DNA of 63,043 bases, the filler included, from Octopus bimaculoides (lineage: Eukaryota): assembly GCF_001194135.2 (NCBI RefSeq). It is 4 parts of 4 records of this genome, joined end to end, with 100 filler letters (N's around TTAATTAATTAA, not from the genome) between each part and the next. Parts side by side here need not be neighbours in the genome. Positions count along the whole stretch, not along the records: positions 34,253 to 49,939 come from NC_068984.1; positions 50,040 to 63,043 come from NC_068989.1; 2 more parts are not named here. The stretch is one strand, 5' to 3'. Position 1 is the first letter of the stretch. Every line of letters starts with the position of its first letter. This document shows, piece by piece, positions 39,250 to 50,640 of the stretch. Made by a program: the position numbers and the translations under genes. The notes under the pieces are model-generated. The model did no database searches. It worked only from the letters and a program-made list of their open reading frames with translations, and was not told where the DNA came from.

Positions 39250-39277
39250 CTGATGAACGTACGCATGTACGGAAACT
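39250..39277 (+). ncRNA. Hammerhead ribozyme 5' half, truncated by an assembly gap
   Basis: CTGATGA-A-CGTAC-GCAT-GTACG-GAAA-CT followed by N. Perfect 5-bp stem II between intact core segments. Sequence after the gap (39658-39970) is T-rich and ends at (TA)n. Confidence 0.65.
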
Positions 39278-40334
39278 NNNNNNNNNNNNNNNNNNNNNNN
39301 NNNNNNNNNNNNNNNNNNNNNNNNNNNNNNNNNNNNNNNNNNNNNNNNNNNNNNNNNNNNNNNNNNNNNNNNNNNNNNNNNNNNNNNNNNNNNNNNNNNN
39401 NNNNNNNNNNNNNNNNNNNNNNNNNNNNNNNNNNNNNNNNNNNNNNNNNNNNNNNNNNNNNNNNNNNNNNNNNNNNNNNNNNNNNNNNNNNNNNNNNNNN
39501 NNNNNNNNNNNNNNNNNNNNNNNNNNNNNNNNNNNNNNNNNNNNNNNNNNNNNNNNNNNNNNNNNNNNNNNNNNNNNNNNNNNNNNNNNNNNNNNNNNNN
39601 NNNNNNNNNNNNNNNNNNNNNNNNNNNNNNNNNNNNNNNNNNNNNNNNNNNNNNNNNCTTCCTCACATTTGGTTTTTTATGTATTCTCTCTCCCACTTGG
39701 ATTTGAAATGTTGCCACATTTATAATATGTCTTTTCTACAGTCATTTTCTGCATTTTCGTGCAGCTGAAGATTGCTCTTCATATTGCATTTAATGTAATG
39801 CTCGCATTACTTAAATAAATTGGAGTAGCATGAAATGTGCGTACTACAATCACCTTTGAAATCCGTGTTGCTTATTTTTTGATTTTGATCACCTATCCTT
39901 TTGGGATACGATATTCGGGTGCCTACGCATAAGTACCATATTCAACCTTGAATCTATATCTAAACCGTCTATATATATATATATATTATGTTATGCTGTG
40001 AAGCAATGCACTTTAGCAGAATTTTTCTAATCAGTTCCAGTAGAACAAACAACTCGAAACCTGCATTAGAGAATCCTTGTAAATGAAGTAAGGACTGGCT
40101 AGCTTGTAACAGCTCTGAGTCATATAACTTTATTATTATTATTTTCATTTCAACTCTCATAGCTCTTTGATTTTACTTGCTCTGGTTAACTCTATAAGAG
40201 TGAACAGCAACCTGTTTACAAAGGTTTCATGGGGTTTCTTTCCATGATACTTAACACCCAAGAACTAACCTCAAAATTCTCACTGTCCCAAATAGAACAG
40301 TTTTCTGAGCATATTATTATTATTGTTATTATTA

Positions 40335-40405
40335 ATTTATACGGGCCTCTTTCAGTTTCCATCTTCCAAATTCACTCACAAGACTTTGGTTGGCCCAAGG
40401 TGCCA
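40335..40405 (-). mobile_element. CORE-like SINE internal fragment
   Basis: ACGGGCCTCTTTCAGTTTCC..AAATTCACTCACAAGACTTTGGTTGGCCC. Confidence 0.7.
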
Positions 40406-40647
40406 ACAAAGCTGTCAATAAACATAAGAGTGGTGAGAAGACGGAGTTGATGAGTGAATGAAGATGGTGAAGTTTTGTTTTAAATGTTTTACAGCATTTA
40501 GTTTTAGTTTTCTTCCTCTCCAGTTCAAATCACCGAAGATCAGCCATTTTATTTGATCCTTCAGAAGTTTGTAAAATAAGTCTCAGTATTATTATACATT
40601 GTTGCAATTGACTAGACTGCCTCCTCTCTTAAGCAAATTTGACCATA

Positions 40648-40772
40648 GAGGTTCAAGCATGGCTATGTGGTAAAGAAATTTGATTTGCAGCCATGTGGTT
40701 TCCTGTTCAGTTTCACTGCATGGTGCCTTGGGCAAATGTCTTTCTGCTATAGCCCCAGGCCAATCAATGGCT
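40648..40772 (+). mobile_element. CORE-like SINE head, decayed
   Basis: CATGGCTATGTGGTAAAG..GGTGCCTTGGGCAAATGTCTTTCTGCTATAGCC. Confidence 0.65.
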
Positions 40773-40774
40773 AA

Positions 40775-41704
40775 TGAAGGAATTCTGCCTGCTGGGTGTT
40801 ATTCTGTGTGTGTGTGTGTGTGTAGGTATGTTTGGTAGTAGAAGGTATCACCATTGCTGCAAGATATGATATGTATGTATGTATGTATGTATGTTGGTGG
40901 TGGGTAGGTATGTTNNNNNNNNNNNNNNNNNNNNNNNNNNNNNNNNNNNNNNNNNNNNNNNNNNNNNNNNNNNNNNNNNNNNNNNNNNNNNNNNNNNNNN
41001 NNNNNNNNNNNNNNNNNNNNNNNNNNNNNNNNNNNNNNNNNNNNNNNNNNNNNNNNNNNNNNNNNNNNNNNNNNNNNNNNNNNNNNNNNNNNNNNNNNNN
41101 NNNNNNNNNNNNNNNNNNNNNNNNNNNNNNNNNNNNNNNNNNNNNNNNNNNNNNNNNNNNNNNNNNNNNNNNNNNNNNNNNNNNNNNNNNNNNNNNNNNN
41201 NNNNNNNNNNNNNNNNNNNNNNNNNNNNNNNNNNNNNNNNNNNNNNNNNNNNNNNNNNNNNNNNNNNNNNNNNNNNNNNNNNNNNNNNNNNNNNNNNNNN
41301 NNNNNNNNNNNNNNNNNNNNNNNNNNNNNNNNNNNNNNNNNNNNNNNNNNNNNNNNNNNNNNNNNNNNNNNNNNNNNNNNNNNNNNNNNNNNNNNTTTTT
41401 TCTCTGTTCAACTTTTGCTCTTTTTTTCAGCTCCACCACTCCTTCAGTTCCACATAAGGAAGGAAGGGAGGGAGGGAAAGAGGGAGGAGGAGGGGTAGGG
41501 GTAGGGGGTCAAATCCCCTACTTCTTTCTTTTCCATCACACAGATATTGGGAAGCCACATCATGAACATACCTACCCACCACCAACATACATACATACAT
41601 ACATACATATCATATCTTGCAGCAATGGTGATACCTTCTACTACCAAACATACCTACACACACACACACACACAGAATAACACCCAGCAGGCAGAATTCC
41701 TTCA
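40775..41704. repeat. Perfect 140-bp inverted duplication around an N-gap
   Basis: 40775-40914 is the exact reverse complement of 41565-41704, including microsatellite lengths. Confidence 0.9.
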
Positions 41705-42311
41705 CTGTGTGCCTTCCTAGTGTTGGGATGCCATGAGCAAGGCAAGGCAGCAGGCTGTGCCAGCATTGGGTTGCCATCTTACTTTCACCTTCCTCCTGTG
41801 TTCCTCCTTCACTGGTTCTAAGGAGCTGCAAAAAGGAAACTAGGTTGTAAGATCTAGGCCAGGGGCGGGTCAGGCGGAGGTCAGTGTAATCTGGTTCCTT
41901 TACCCTAAAAACCTTGGACTGTTAAAGGCTGCATGCTCCCTACCTAACATATCAACCACTGGGGCAGAGACATGCAATGCTGAACTTCTTGTTTTAGAAG
42001 AAGTGAGCAATTAACTTTTGGAGGTGTATATGTATCTGCATGTGTGAGTGTTAGAAAGAGAGAGAAAGATAGTCTATATATCTGTGGGTGTATTTGTATG
42101 TCTTCAATACAAGCCAATAAAATATGTTATTGTATGGGGAAACAAAACTTCCCCAGTAGGTCAAGTTGCAGCATTGATTCATACATAGCATTAAAACGAC
42201 AAACCCCGTAACATATACTAAATACCTTAGAAAATGTAGGGATAATACACAGCATCAGAAAATAACAAGTAATTTCACATGACAATTATAATATCATTCA
42301 TGTAAATAATA

Positions 42312-42787
42312 TTTTAAAATTTTGGTACAAGTTCAGTAATTCTGGGTGAGGTATTAAGTTGGTTACATCGACACAAAGTGTTCAACTGGTATTTTATTTC
42401 AACAACCTCGGAAGGATGAAATGTAAAGTCAACCTTGGTGGAATTTGAACTCAGAACATAAAGACCAATGAAATGCTACTAAGCAGTTTGCCTGACATGT
42501 TGAGGATTCTGCCACCTCGTTGCCCTATACATGTATATATAATAATAATATAATAATATTAATAATAATAATAATACTTTCTACTAAAGGCATAAGGCCT
42601 GGAATTTGGAGGAGGGAACTAGTCGACTACATTACCCCAGTGTTTCACTGGTACTTAATTTATTGACCCCCAAAGGATGAAAAGCAAAGTTGACCTCAGC
42701 GTAATTTGAATTCAGAACGTAGGGATGGGTGAAATACCACTAAGCATTTCGTCCAACGTGCTAATGACTCTACCAGCTCACCGCCTT
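42312..42787 (-). mobile_element. Two tandem SINEs (GGCGAGCTGGCAGAA family), 42312-42527 and 42577-42787
   Basis: Each carries ACTGGTA(C/T)TT..GGATGAAA..AAAGT(C/T)(A/G)ACCT..ATTTGAA(C/T)TCAGAAC in reverse orientation, separated by (TAA)n. Confidence 0.85.
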
Positions 42788-42796
42788 ATGATAATA

Positions 42797-42852
<56 letters not shown>

Positions 42853-42853
<1 letters not shown>

Positions 42854-43260
42854 TGCTAGAGCATAACAGACCGGATCTAGTGGTGGCGGACAAGGTGCAC
42901 CACATATGCTATATAGTTGATGCTGTATGCCTCTTTGACGGTGAAAAGATAGATAGATACAATCCTCTTAAGTACGAAATAACCTGGCTATGGAAAATGT
43001 AGAAGGTGAAGATAGTGCCAATTATTGCTGGATCCTTGGGAACAGTATCGGAAGGCATCAAGAGGAATATAAAGGAAATTGGAACAGAGTGCCCAGTAGA
43101 ACTGTTACAAAAGGTTTGCCTCCTTGACACGACCAGAATAATCAGGAAAGTATTAGATTGCTGAAAAGAATGAATAGTATGGTACCGTAGGCCTCAGATA
43201 GTAAGCCCACTACATATGCAAGACTTCAGGAGCTCCAAAGAGAAAATAATTATAATAAAG
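42853..43260 (+). mobile_element. 5'-truncated R4/Dong-type element, RLE domain
   Basis: 42853-43164 translates VLEHNRPDLVVADKVHHICYIVDAVCLFDGEKIDRYNPLKYEITWLWKM*KVKIVPIIAGSLGTV...ELLQKVCLLDTTRIIRKVLDC* (RPD...D PD-(D/E)xK-type nuclease). It follows (TAA)n and has an A-rich tail. Confidence 0.88.
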
Positions 43261-43266
43261 AGAAAA

Positions 43267-43922
43267 TGGATCTCTTCAATTTGGCTCACAGATCTTTTAA
43301 TTATTCTTTTCTAACTAAACAGTTTGAAACTTTGTATATTGGTGTAATTTCTCACATTGAACATGGTTTACTTTCAACATTTTTGACAAAATTTCATATT
43401 TTAGAAGTTATTTTGTGTTAAAGTTGTCGTTTTTGGGTAATTTTAACCAATCAACGATGTGTACTCAGCTGAAGAAACCTACTGCAATAGTAATCAAAGA
43501 GCAACAACTTCCAGCTTACATGTGGATATAACACGGGCAAATGTACAAAGAGGTGATCGAAAAGCAAAAAAAAAAAAGCATGTAATATGCAGCACAGGCA
43601 GTAAACAAAAATAAAATAAAACAGAGTGGTGAAAATAATCACAGGCAGTAAGTAAAAATATCCACAGGTAAGCCAGATGTCGTTGCTCTTCGATTACTAT
43701 CACAGTAGGTTTCTTCAGCTGAATACATGTTGTTGATTGGTTAAAATTACCCAAATACAACAACTTCAACACAAAATAACTTCTAAAATACGTAACTTTT
43801 GTCAAAAATGCTGAAAGTAAACCATGTTCAGCGTGAGGAATTACACCAGTATACAAAGTTTCAAACTGTTGAGTTAAAAAAAGATAATTTTTAAAATTTG
43901 TGAGCCAAACTGAAGAGATCCA
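43267..43922. mobile_element. Long-TIR MITE / fold-back element, superfamily unassigned
   Basis: About 263-bp imperfect inverted arms (43267-43529 and 43658-43922) starting TGGATCTCTTCA, with AGAAAA directly repeated on both sides. Confidence 0.92.
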
Positions 43923-43967
43923 AGAAAATAATAAAGAGATAAAGAGAAAATAATAATAATAATGATA

Positions 43968-44161
43968 ATCCTTTCTGCTGGAAGCACAAGGCCTGAAATT
44001 TGGTGGTGGGGAGAGGGGCTAAATCAATTACATCGACCCAGTGTTCAACTGGTACTTATCTTATTGACACTGAAAGTTTAAAAGGCAAAGTCAGCTTCAA
44101 CAGCATTTGATCTCAGAAAGTAAAAAATGATGAAATGCTGTTAAGAATTTTGGCCAGCATG
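43968..44161 (-). mobile_element. SINE (GGCGAGCTGGCAGAA family), decayed
   Basis: CACAAGGCCTGAAATTT..ACATCGACCCAGTGTTCAACTGGTACTTAT..AAAGGCAAAGTC. Confidence 0.75.
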
Positions 44162-44261
44162 AAACATAATACACATGTATACAACAGCAAAAGATTGCAA
44201 TAAAATAACTACTCTGAAGTGCAAACATATGCTGATAAAACTTCGATGTTAAAAGCTAGAG

Positions 44262-44515
44262 TTCAATTGTGCAAGAGCCCTGGGGAAGAACTGTTTCTGA
44301 GCCTGGTTTGCTTGGCTGAAATATATCTACCAGATGTCAGCTAATGAATAGCCTATGGCTGAGATTTCTAATATGGTAGTTCTCTTTACACAATAAGACT
44401 GGAAGATCTTTTCCTTGAATATGAGTGAAATACCAATGATTTTGTAGCCATTTTTCACCATCCACAGAAGTTCCAACTGATGTGAAGTAGTTGCCATATC
44501 ATTGAAAACTTATTG
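44262..44515 (-). mobile_element. L2-type LINE 3' end, decayed
   Basis: Minus translation with a frameshift gives LTSGRYISAKQTRLRNS/FFPRALAQLN, resembling the L2 terminus LPSGRR..RT.RL.NSFFP.AIRLLN. Confidence 0.6.
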
Positions 44516-44527
44516 CACATTCACACA

Positions 44528-44586
<59 letters not shown>

Positions 44587-45314
44587 GAGTGCATGTGTGT
44601 TCTTCTATAATTATATTGGTTGCAGTCATTTTACTACAGGCATGTTAGGGCACCGCCTTCAAGGGCATATTGGCGCTACTACTAGATTGATACAGATTGT
44701 ACTCACCTCACTGATGTTGCAATTTCCCACCTAGCTGAATAAAAATCTGTTATGTGCAACAGAAGCAGCATTAGATTAAAATAAATATGTGTATCATACT
44801 TAATGTAAATATACTGCAGAAAAAGCAAATTACTGCAATATTCATCTGGAGATAATATCTCTTATGGATATGTTGTGTCTAAAGATTCAAATATTCCAGT
44901 AGCAGGTGAAAATCATCCAGCAGTAACAGAGGGAATGCTAGATGTGTATTTCAGTGTTGTTGAGCTTTGTCAATAACATGTACTCACTGCTAAATGCAGG
45001 TTATGACAATCTCCATTGCTATAGATATAGGAAAACAGTGGTAGTTTTGACTTTAAGAGTCCCTCATAATGTGAGGCATTTATGCATATTAATGCCCTTA
45101 ATATAAATAAATATATTTAAAGGGAATAATTATAATTTTTCCCTTATGAGGTTTTTTTCACGCTGACTACTTGATAAATTCTTATATAGATTTTATCCCA
45201 TTTTTAAATTATATATATATACCATTGGCTACTGGGGATGCAAGTAAATGGTGAGTGTGTGTGTGTGTCTATGTGTTTCTATGTGCCTGTGTATATCTAT
45301 ATGTCTGTTCATAT

Positions 45315-45525
45315 GTGTTTGTATTGGGTTTTGTCCTGCAACACTGCTTGACAACAGGAGTTTGTTTAGGTCCCCATAACTTAGCATTTCAGCAAAGAAA
45401 CAGACAGAATAAGTATCAAGCTTAAAAATAAGTACTGAGGCCAATTTGTTCAACTAAACCTTTCAAAGCAGTGCTCCAGCATGGCTGCAATCCAATTAAT
45501 GAAACTAGTAAAAGATAAAAGATAC
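45315..45525 (+). mobile_element. CORE-like SINE 3' half
   Basis: GCTTGACAAC..GTCCCCATAACTTAGC..GAATAAGTA..GTGCTCCAGCATGGCTGCA..GTAAAAGATAAAAGA. Confidence 0.75.
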
Positions 45526-46689
45526 GTATTTCAAAGAATTTCTTAGGCACACACTCTTGTATAATTCATGAATTTTGATACGTTTGTATGCCAATTTGGG
45601 AGAGAAGAGGAATCTGACATTTTGGATCTGATCCTTTCAGTAGGGGAAAAGAAATTTTTCAACTGTTGGAAATTTTCATTTTCTTTCCTTTCAGATGAAG
45701 GGTCAGTCCTAAAATGTCAAATTCCTTTTCTTCCTATGGCATACAAACAAACAAACACAAATTTATGAATTTCATTGAATAAATTTTGTGGATGCAGATC
45801 AATGTTACTAGTTGTCTTAGACTTTAGTATTCAAACATGATTTTTCCCACTTTCTTTTGCATTTATGTGCTTACTCATGTACATATATGTATGTAATGTA
45901 TGTATGTATGTATATCATTATTCAGTTTTATTTTAAGATTTCTTGCCAATAGAGAAAGAGCTGGTTTCTAACCTAGATTCAAAGCTCCCTCATTAGAATT
46001 GTAACAACATCAACAGGGTATTTTTGTATGTATATATGTGTATGTGCAGATTTGTATGCTTTGCTTTATGTATGTATTCTCATGCATATAGTTGCATATC
46101 TAAACATGCTTATATATACTTAAATTATAAACTTCTGGAAAATTTTTCAGATTTTACATTCTAGTGATGGATTAGATCTGTAGACTTCGAATCAGCTTTC
46201 TCCTTTCTGGTTTTGAGAAGCCTAATTTCTCAAGATTTTGGTATTTAGGCAGTGTTTTACAAATCTCAGTGCCCCAATATGGCTTCAGTCCAATGACTGA
46301 AACATGTAAAAGATAAAAGCAATAATATTTAGCAATGTAAGCAAGTGCACCGATGACTTCATTTTACAAATAGGAACTGAGAATATAGGCTGTCAATATG
46401 TCATTGTGTAAGTGATGTGAAGTGAAAAGTTTGCCATTCATTGACCGATTCATTTTCCCAGCAATTGTAAGTATGTATATATGTATACATGTATGTTTGT
46501 ATGAATCTATGTAATTTAAAAATATAAATAAAATAAGATTTAAATATAGATAATGTATTTCAAAAAATTTACAAAACGTTGGTTTTACCGTTACTGTTGT
46601 ATTCCTCTGATACATAGACATGTTATGAAAGACATCTCAAATTATTAGAACATTTACATCAAAAATGCCTTTGCTGCATTTTAAACATT

Positions 46690-47430
46690 AAATGGGGCGT
46701 TTTTACCCCAGACACAGATGTCTTTGCATCTGCAGGCATCGTTTCAATTAAATCAATGATTCTGAGAAACCAAATGAGATGGTCTGGCCATATTGTTTGA
46801 ATGGCAGATGAACACACAACCAAACAGTTGTTTCATGGTGAGCTTGCAGAGGAGAAATGCTATCGGTGTAAACTTAAAAAGAGGTTTAAGGACGGCATAA
46901 GGACTACCATGAAGTCACTTGGAATGCATCCAAAGGCCATAGAAATCCTTGCTTTAGATTGAGCTAGATGGCGAACAGAAAGTGTGGAGTGGAGTGAAAG
47001 CATTTGAGGAGGCTAGGATGACACATGCGAGACTCAAGAGAAATTTAAAGAGGAATGTTGTGACCGTGAAGGTGAATCTCTGACCTTTTTGTGCGCACAG
47101 TTTGTCACAGACCATGCCTTTCTTTTACTGGGTGCAAATCTGATTTGCAGACCCATGAAAAATGAACCTCTACCAACTACTCTGTCTATATATCTGTGCA
47201 CACCTTTCAATGTTGTGCAAATCTAACAGAGGACTCAAAAGATATTCTAAGATTCACAAAGATCAGAACTTAACTGCAGCTCTTGGTGGTTCAAATCAGA
47301 TATGCAATCTATGTGGGTGTCTTTTCAATATATTGTCTGGTTTAAAAAGTCACATCAGATGCCATGATGGATCTAAGGTGTAGATACAGGAGGTGGTCAA
47401 ACTCTGCATAAGGAGTAGACAACCACCATG
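46690..47430 (+). mobile_element. RTE-clade LINE 3' end with C-terminal C2H2-type fingers, pseudogenised
   Basis: Translation gives PDTDVFASAGIVSIKSMILRNQMRWSGHIV*MADEHTTKQLFHGEL..KKRFKDG, typical of RTE, followed by three finger-like units. The last is a canonical C-x2-C-x3-F-x5-L-x2-H-x3-H (47303-47365). It ends at (TATG)n. Confidence 0.9.
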
Positions 47431-47462
47431 TATGTATGTATGTATGTATGTATGTATGAGAT

Positions 47463-47620
47463 AGATTTCTTAAAGTTTCCCTCAACCAAATCTATTTACA
47501 AGGCTTTGGTCAGCCTGTGGTAACAGTAGAAGACACTTGCCCAAGGTTCCATGCAGTGGAACTGAACTCAAAACCATGTGGTTGAGAAGCAAACTTCTTG
47601 ACTACACACCCATTCCTGCA
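47463..47620 (-). mobile_element. CORE-like SINE 5' half
   Basis: AAGGCTTTGGTCAGCC..GTAGAAGACACTTGCCCAAGG..CAGTGGAACTGAAC..ACCATGTGGTTG. Confidence 0.8.
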
Positions 47621-47656
47621 CTTATATGTATTGTATATACTGAGGTACTGCCTTGT

Positions 47657-47990
47657 AGGTGCATGGCTCAGTGGTTAGAGTGTCGTGCTCATAATCATGA
47701 GGTAGTGAGTTTGATTCCCAGACCAGGCTGTGTGTTGTATTCTTGTGCAAAACATTCTATTTCACGTTATTCCAGTTCACTCAGCCGTAGAAATGAGTTA
47801 TGATGTCACTGGTGCCAAGCTGCATTGGCCTTTGTCTTTCTCTTGGTGACATGGAGAAGGGAGACTGGTATGCATGGGCAACTGCAGGGTTTTCCATTAA
47901 CAGCATTGCCCGGACTTGTGACCCAGGGGGTAACTTCCTAGGAGCAATCCCATGGTCATTCATGACCAAAGAGGGTCTTTACCCTTTTTA
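47657..47990 (+). mobile_element. tRNA-headed SINE (second family with GTTGT.TTCTTG core)
   Basis: A-box TGGCTCAGTGGTTAGAG, B-box-like GAGTTTGATTCC, CCAGTTCACTCAGC, (TTTACC)-type tail. Confidence 0.8.
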
Positions 47991-48329
47991 CACTTTAATA
48001 TTGCATGAAAATATTGTACATTGTCCTTGCAGAAACCATATATATAGACAGCTATGGAGACAGCTACACAACTGTAAGTAATAATGCTGCAGCTAATGTT
48101 GAATACATCTACATATTTCAATATGTGGAAATATTGACAGAATATTTTACTCATAATGCCTCTAAAAGAAAAATAATATTCATAAATTGCTGGGAAAAAT
48201 GTATAGGTCAATGAATGACAAACCTTTCATTTCACATCACTTACACAGAGACATATTGACAACCTATATTCTCATTTCCCATTTGTAAATGAAGTTGGTA
48301 CACTTGCTTACATTGCCTGATATTATTGC

Positions 48330-48540
48330 TTTTATCTTTTGCATGTTTTACTCATTGGACTGCAGCCATAGTGAGGTGCTGCCATTTTTTTTTTTTAAAG
48401 CCTAGTACTTATTCTCTTGGTCTCTTTTGCAAAACCACAGAGTTACGGGGACATAAACTCACCAACACCAGTTATCAAGTGGTGATGGGGGTACAGACGC
48501 AGACACAACAACTACACACAGATATATCTATATCTATCTA

Positions 48541-48582
<42 letters not shown>

Positions 48583-48735
48583 GGTTCTTTCAGTTTCTGT
48601 CTACCAAATCCACTCACAAGGCTTTGGTTGGCCTGAACTATAGTAGTAGACACTTTCCCAAGGTAACATGCAGTGGAACTGAACCCAGAACCATGTGATT
48701 GGTGGGCGGGGAGCTTCTTACCACACAACCATACC
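48330..48735 (-). mobile_element. CORE-like SINE, decayed full length
   Basis: Co-linear with 61870-62280, with CpG sites converted. Confidence 0.85.
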
Positions 48736-49145
48736 AAATAACAAGATAATGAATTTAGTATATCTTAATGACCAGTTACAAATGTTTTAGAACCACTTTG
48801 TTTTTAACTCCATTGCACGCTAAGTTCCGTGTGAAAAGTTACATAATATTTGAAGTTTTAAACACTACAGCAACACTTCAGGTTGCTGTCATAAGGTGAG
48901 CTCTTACATTGTGCATCTGTCAAGCATTGTATATTGCTTGTATCGAGAGGAAACAAGAAGAAATGTGAAATAAAAATAATATTGATGAAATGGCAGACAG
49001 GACTTACACAATTATAATACCAAATCAGATAAAGAAATATATGTTATACATATATATTTGTAAATATGTGTGAGTTTATGTGTGCACATGCACACATGTG
49101 TGAGTGTGTATTTATTCACATAAACATGTATATGTATGTATGAAT

Positions 49146-49290
49146 GTAGGTAGGTAGGTAGGTTGGTAGGTAGGTAGGTAGGTAGGTAGGTAGGTAGGTA
49201 GGTACATAGGTACGTAGGTAGGTAGGTAGGTACATAGGTACGTAGGTAGGTAGGTAGGTAGGCTGATAAGTTGGTAGGTTGATAGGTAGG
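49146..49290. repeat. (GTAG)n microsatellite
   Basis: Direct reading. Confidence 0.9.
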
Positions 49291-49420
49291 TAAATTCACA
49301 CGTATATTTACAAATAGAGGGACAGGTAAAAAGGTGAGAAAGATAGAGAGAGAGAGGGAGGAATGAGAGAAAGAGAGAGGGAGGAGAGACAGAGAAAGAG
49401 AAAGATATTTAGCTTGTTAG

Positions 49421-49478
<58 letters not shown>

Positions 49479-49939
49479 GTCTAGCTGGTTAGCTAATCAT
49501 GTCCATACTTATACATAAATATGCAAAACATACACCAACAAACACAAACATACACACACTCACACACACACACATATATACACATAGAGATGCATATGCA
49601 CACACACACACACACACATGCACACACCCATTAGTATGTTGAAGCTGCTTATATTCCCCCCCCCAAAAAAAAATATTTCCAACAAAAGTAAGAAAAGAGA
49701 TAAAAGTATAAATAGTTACACGAAGGACCCTCCTCCTGAAACCCCAACTCGTTCACCCCTTGTGGTGGTGGTGGTGGTGGGGGGGGGGCCTTCTTGACTC
49801 CCTCTACCACTTCAGACTAGTCACCAATGAAAAGAAAAACACAGTTGTCAAAAAGGACAACTTCCATCACCGTTTTGCAGAAGTTATCTATCCGCATGCA
49901 CCTTATAGCTACTTAGCTACTTAGTTTCACTGCACCGTC

Positions 49940-50039
49940 NNNNNNNNNNNNNNNNNNNNNNNNNNNNNNNNNNNNNNNNNNNNTTAATTAATTAANNNNN
50001 NNNNNNNNNNNNNNNNNNNNNNNNNNNNNNNNNNNNNNN
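49940..50039. other. Artificial scaffold-joining spacer
   Basis: 44 N + TTAATTAATTAA + 44 N. Confidence 0.95.
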
Positions 50040-50514
50040 GTGTGTGTGTGTGTGTGTGTGTGGGTGTGTGTGCATATATATATGTATATATTCATGTATA
50101 TACGTAATAATTTTATATTCAGGTATATACCTCGTTGTATACTGCTTAAAGTCCGTTCACAGTATTCGGTTATCTGATGTTAACAATAATGTGGAAGCAT
50201 ATGCCATTGAATTTAGCTCAGGAATTCGATTGCGTCCGTAAATTTTATAAGAAATGAGAAAAGAAATGGAATTCTCGAGCCTCGTGAATTTAATTTTCTT
50301 TGTCTTTAATTATATATGTATGTATGTGTGTGTGTGTGTGTGTGTGTGTGGATGAATGTATGTATGAGTCTGTGTGTTTGTACATGCATACACGCACAAA
50401 CACACACACACACACACACATACAATTATACATACATATATGTATACTGTCTGTCAATAAATTGTAACGGACATCATATATTCTTAAAATTGGGTAAATG
50501 TTCATCTGGTGAGC

Positions 50515-50558
50515 AATAGTAGTAGTAGTAGTAGATGTAGTAGTAGTAGTAGTAGTAA

Positions 50559-50620
<62 letters not shown>

Positions 50621-50640
50621 ATAGTGGTGGTGGTGGCGGC
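50515..50640. repeat. (AGT)n/(GGT)n microsatellite
   Basis: Direct reading. Confidence 0.95.

Noticed and set aside
45692-45725. CAGATGA-AGGG..CCT-AAAA-TGTC, either a hammerhead relic or a splice acceptor
   Set aside because: It needs at least three core changes and has no adjacent stem I. As an exon it has no convincing donor or recognisable peptide.
47696-47712. TGAGGTAGT let-7-like seed
   Set aside because: It lies in a SINE tRNA head, the rest does not match let-7, and there is no precursor hairpin.
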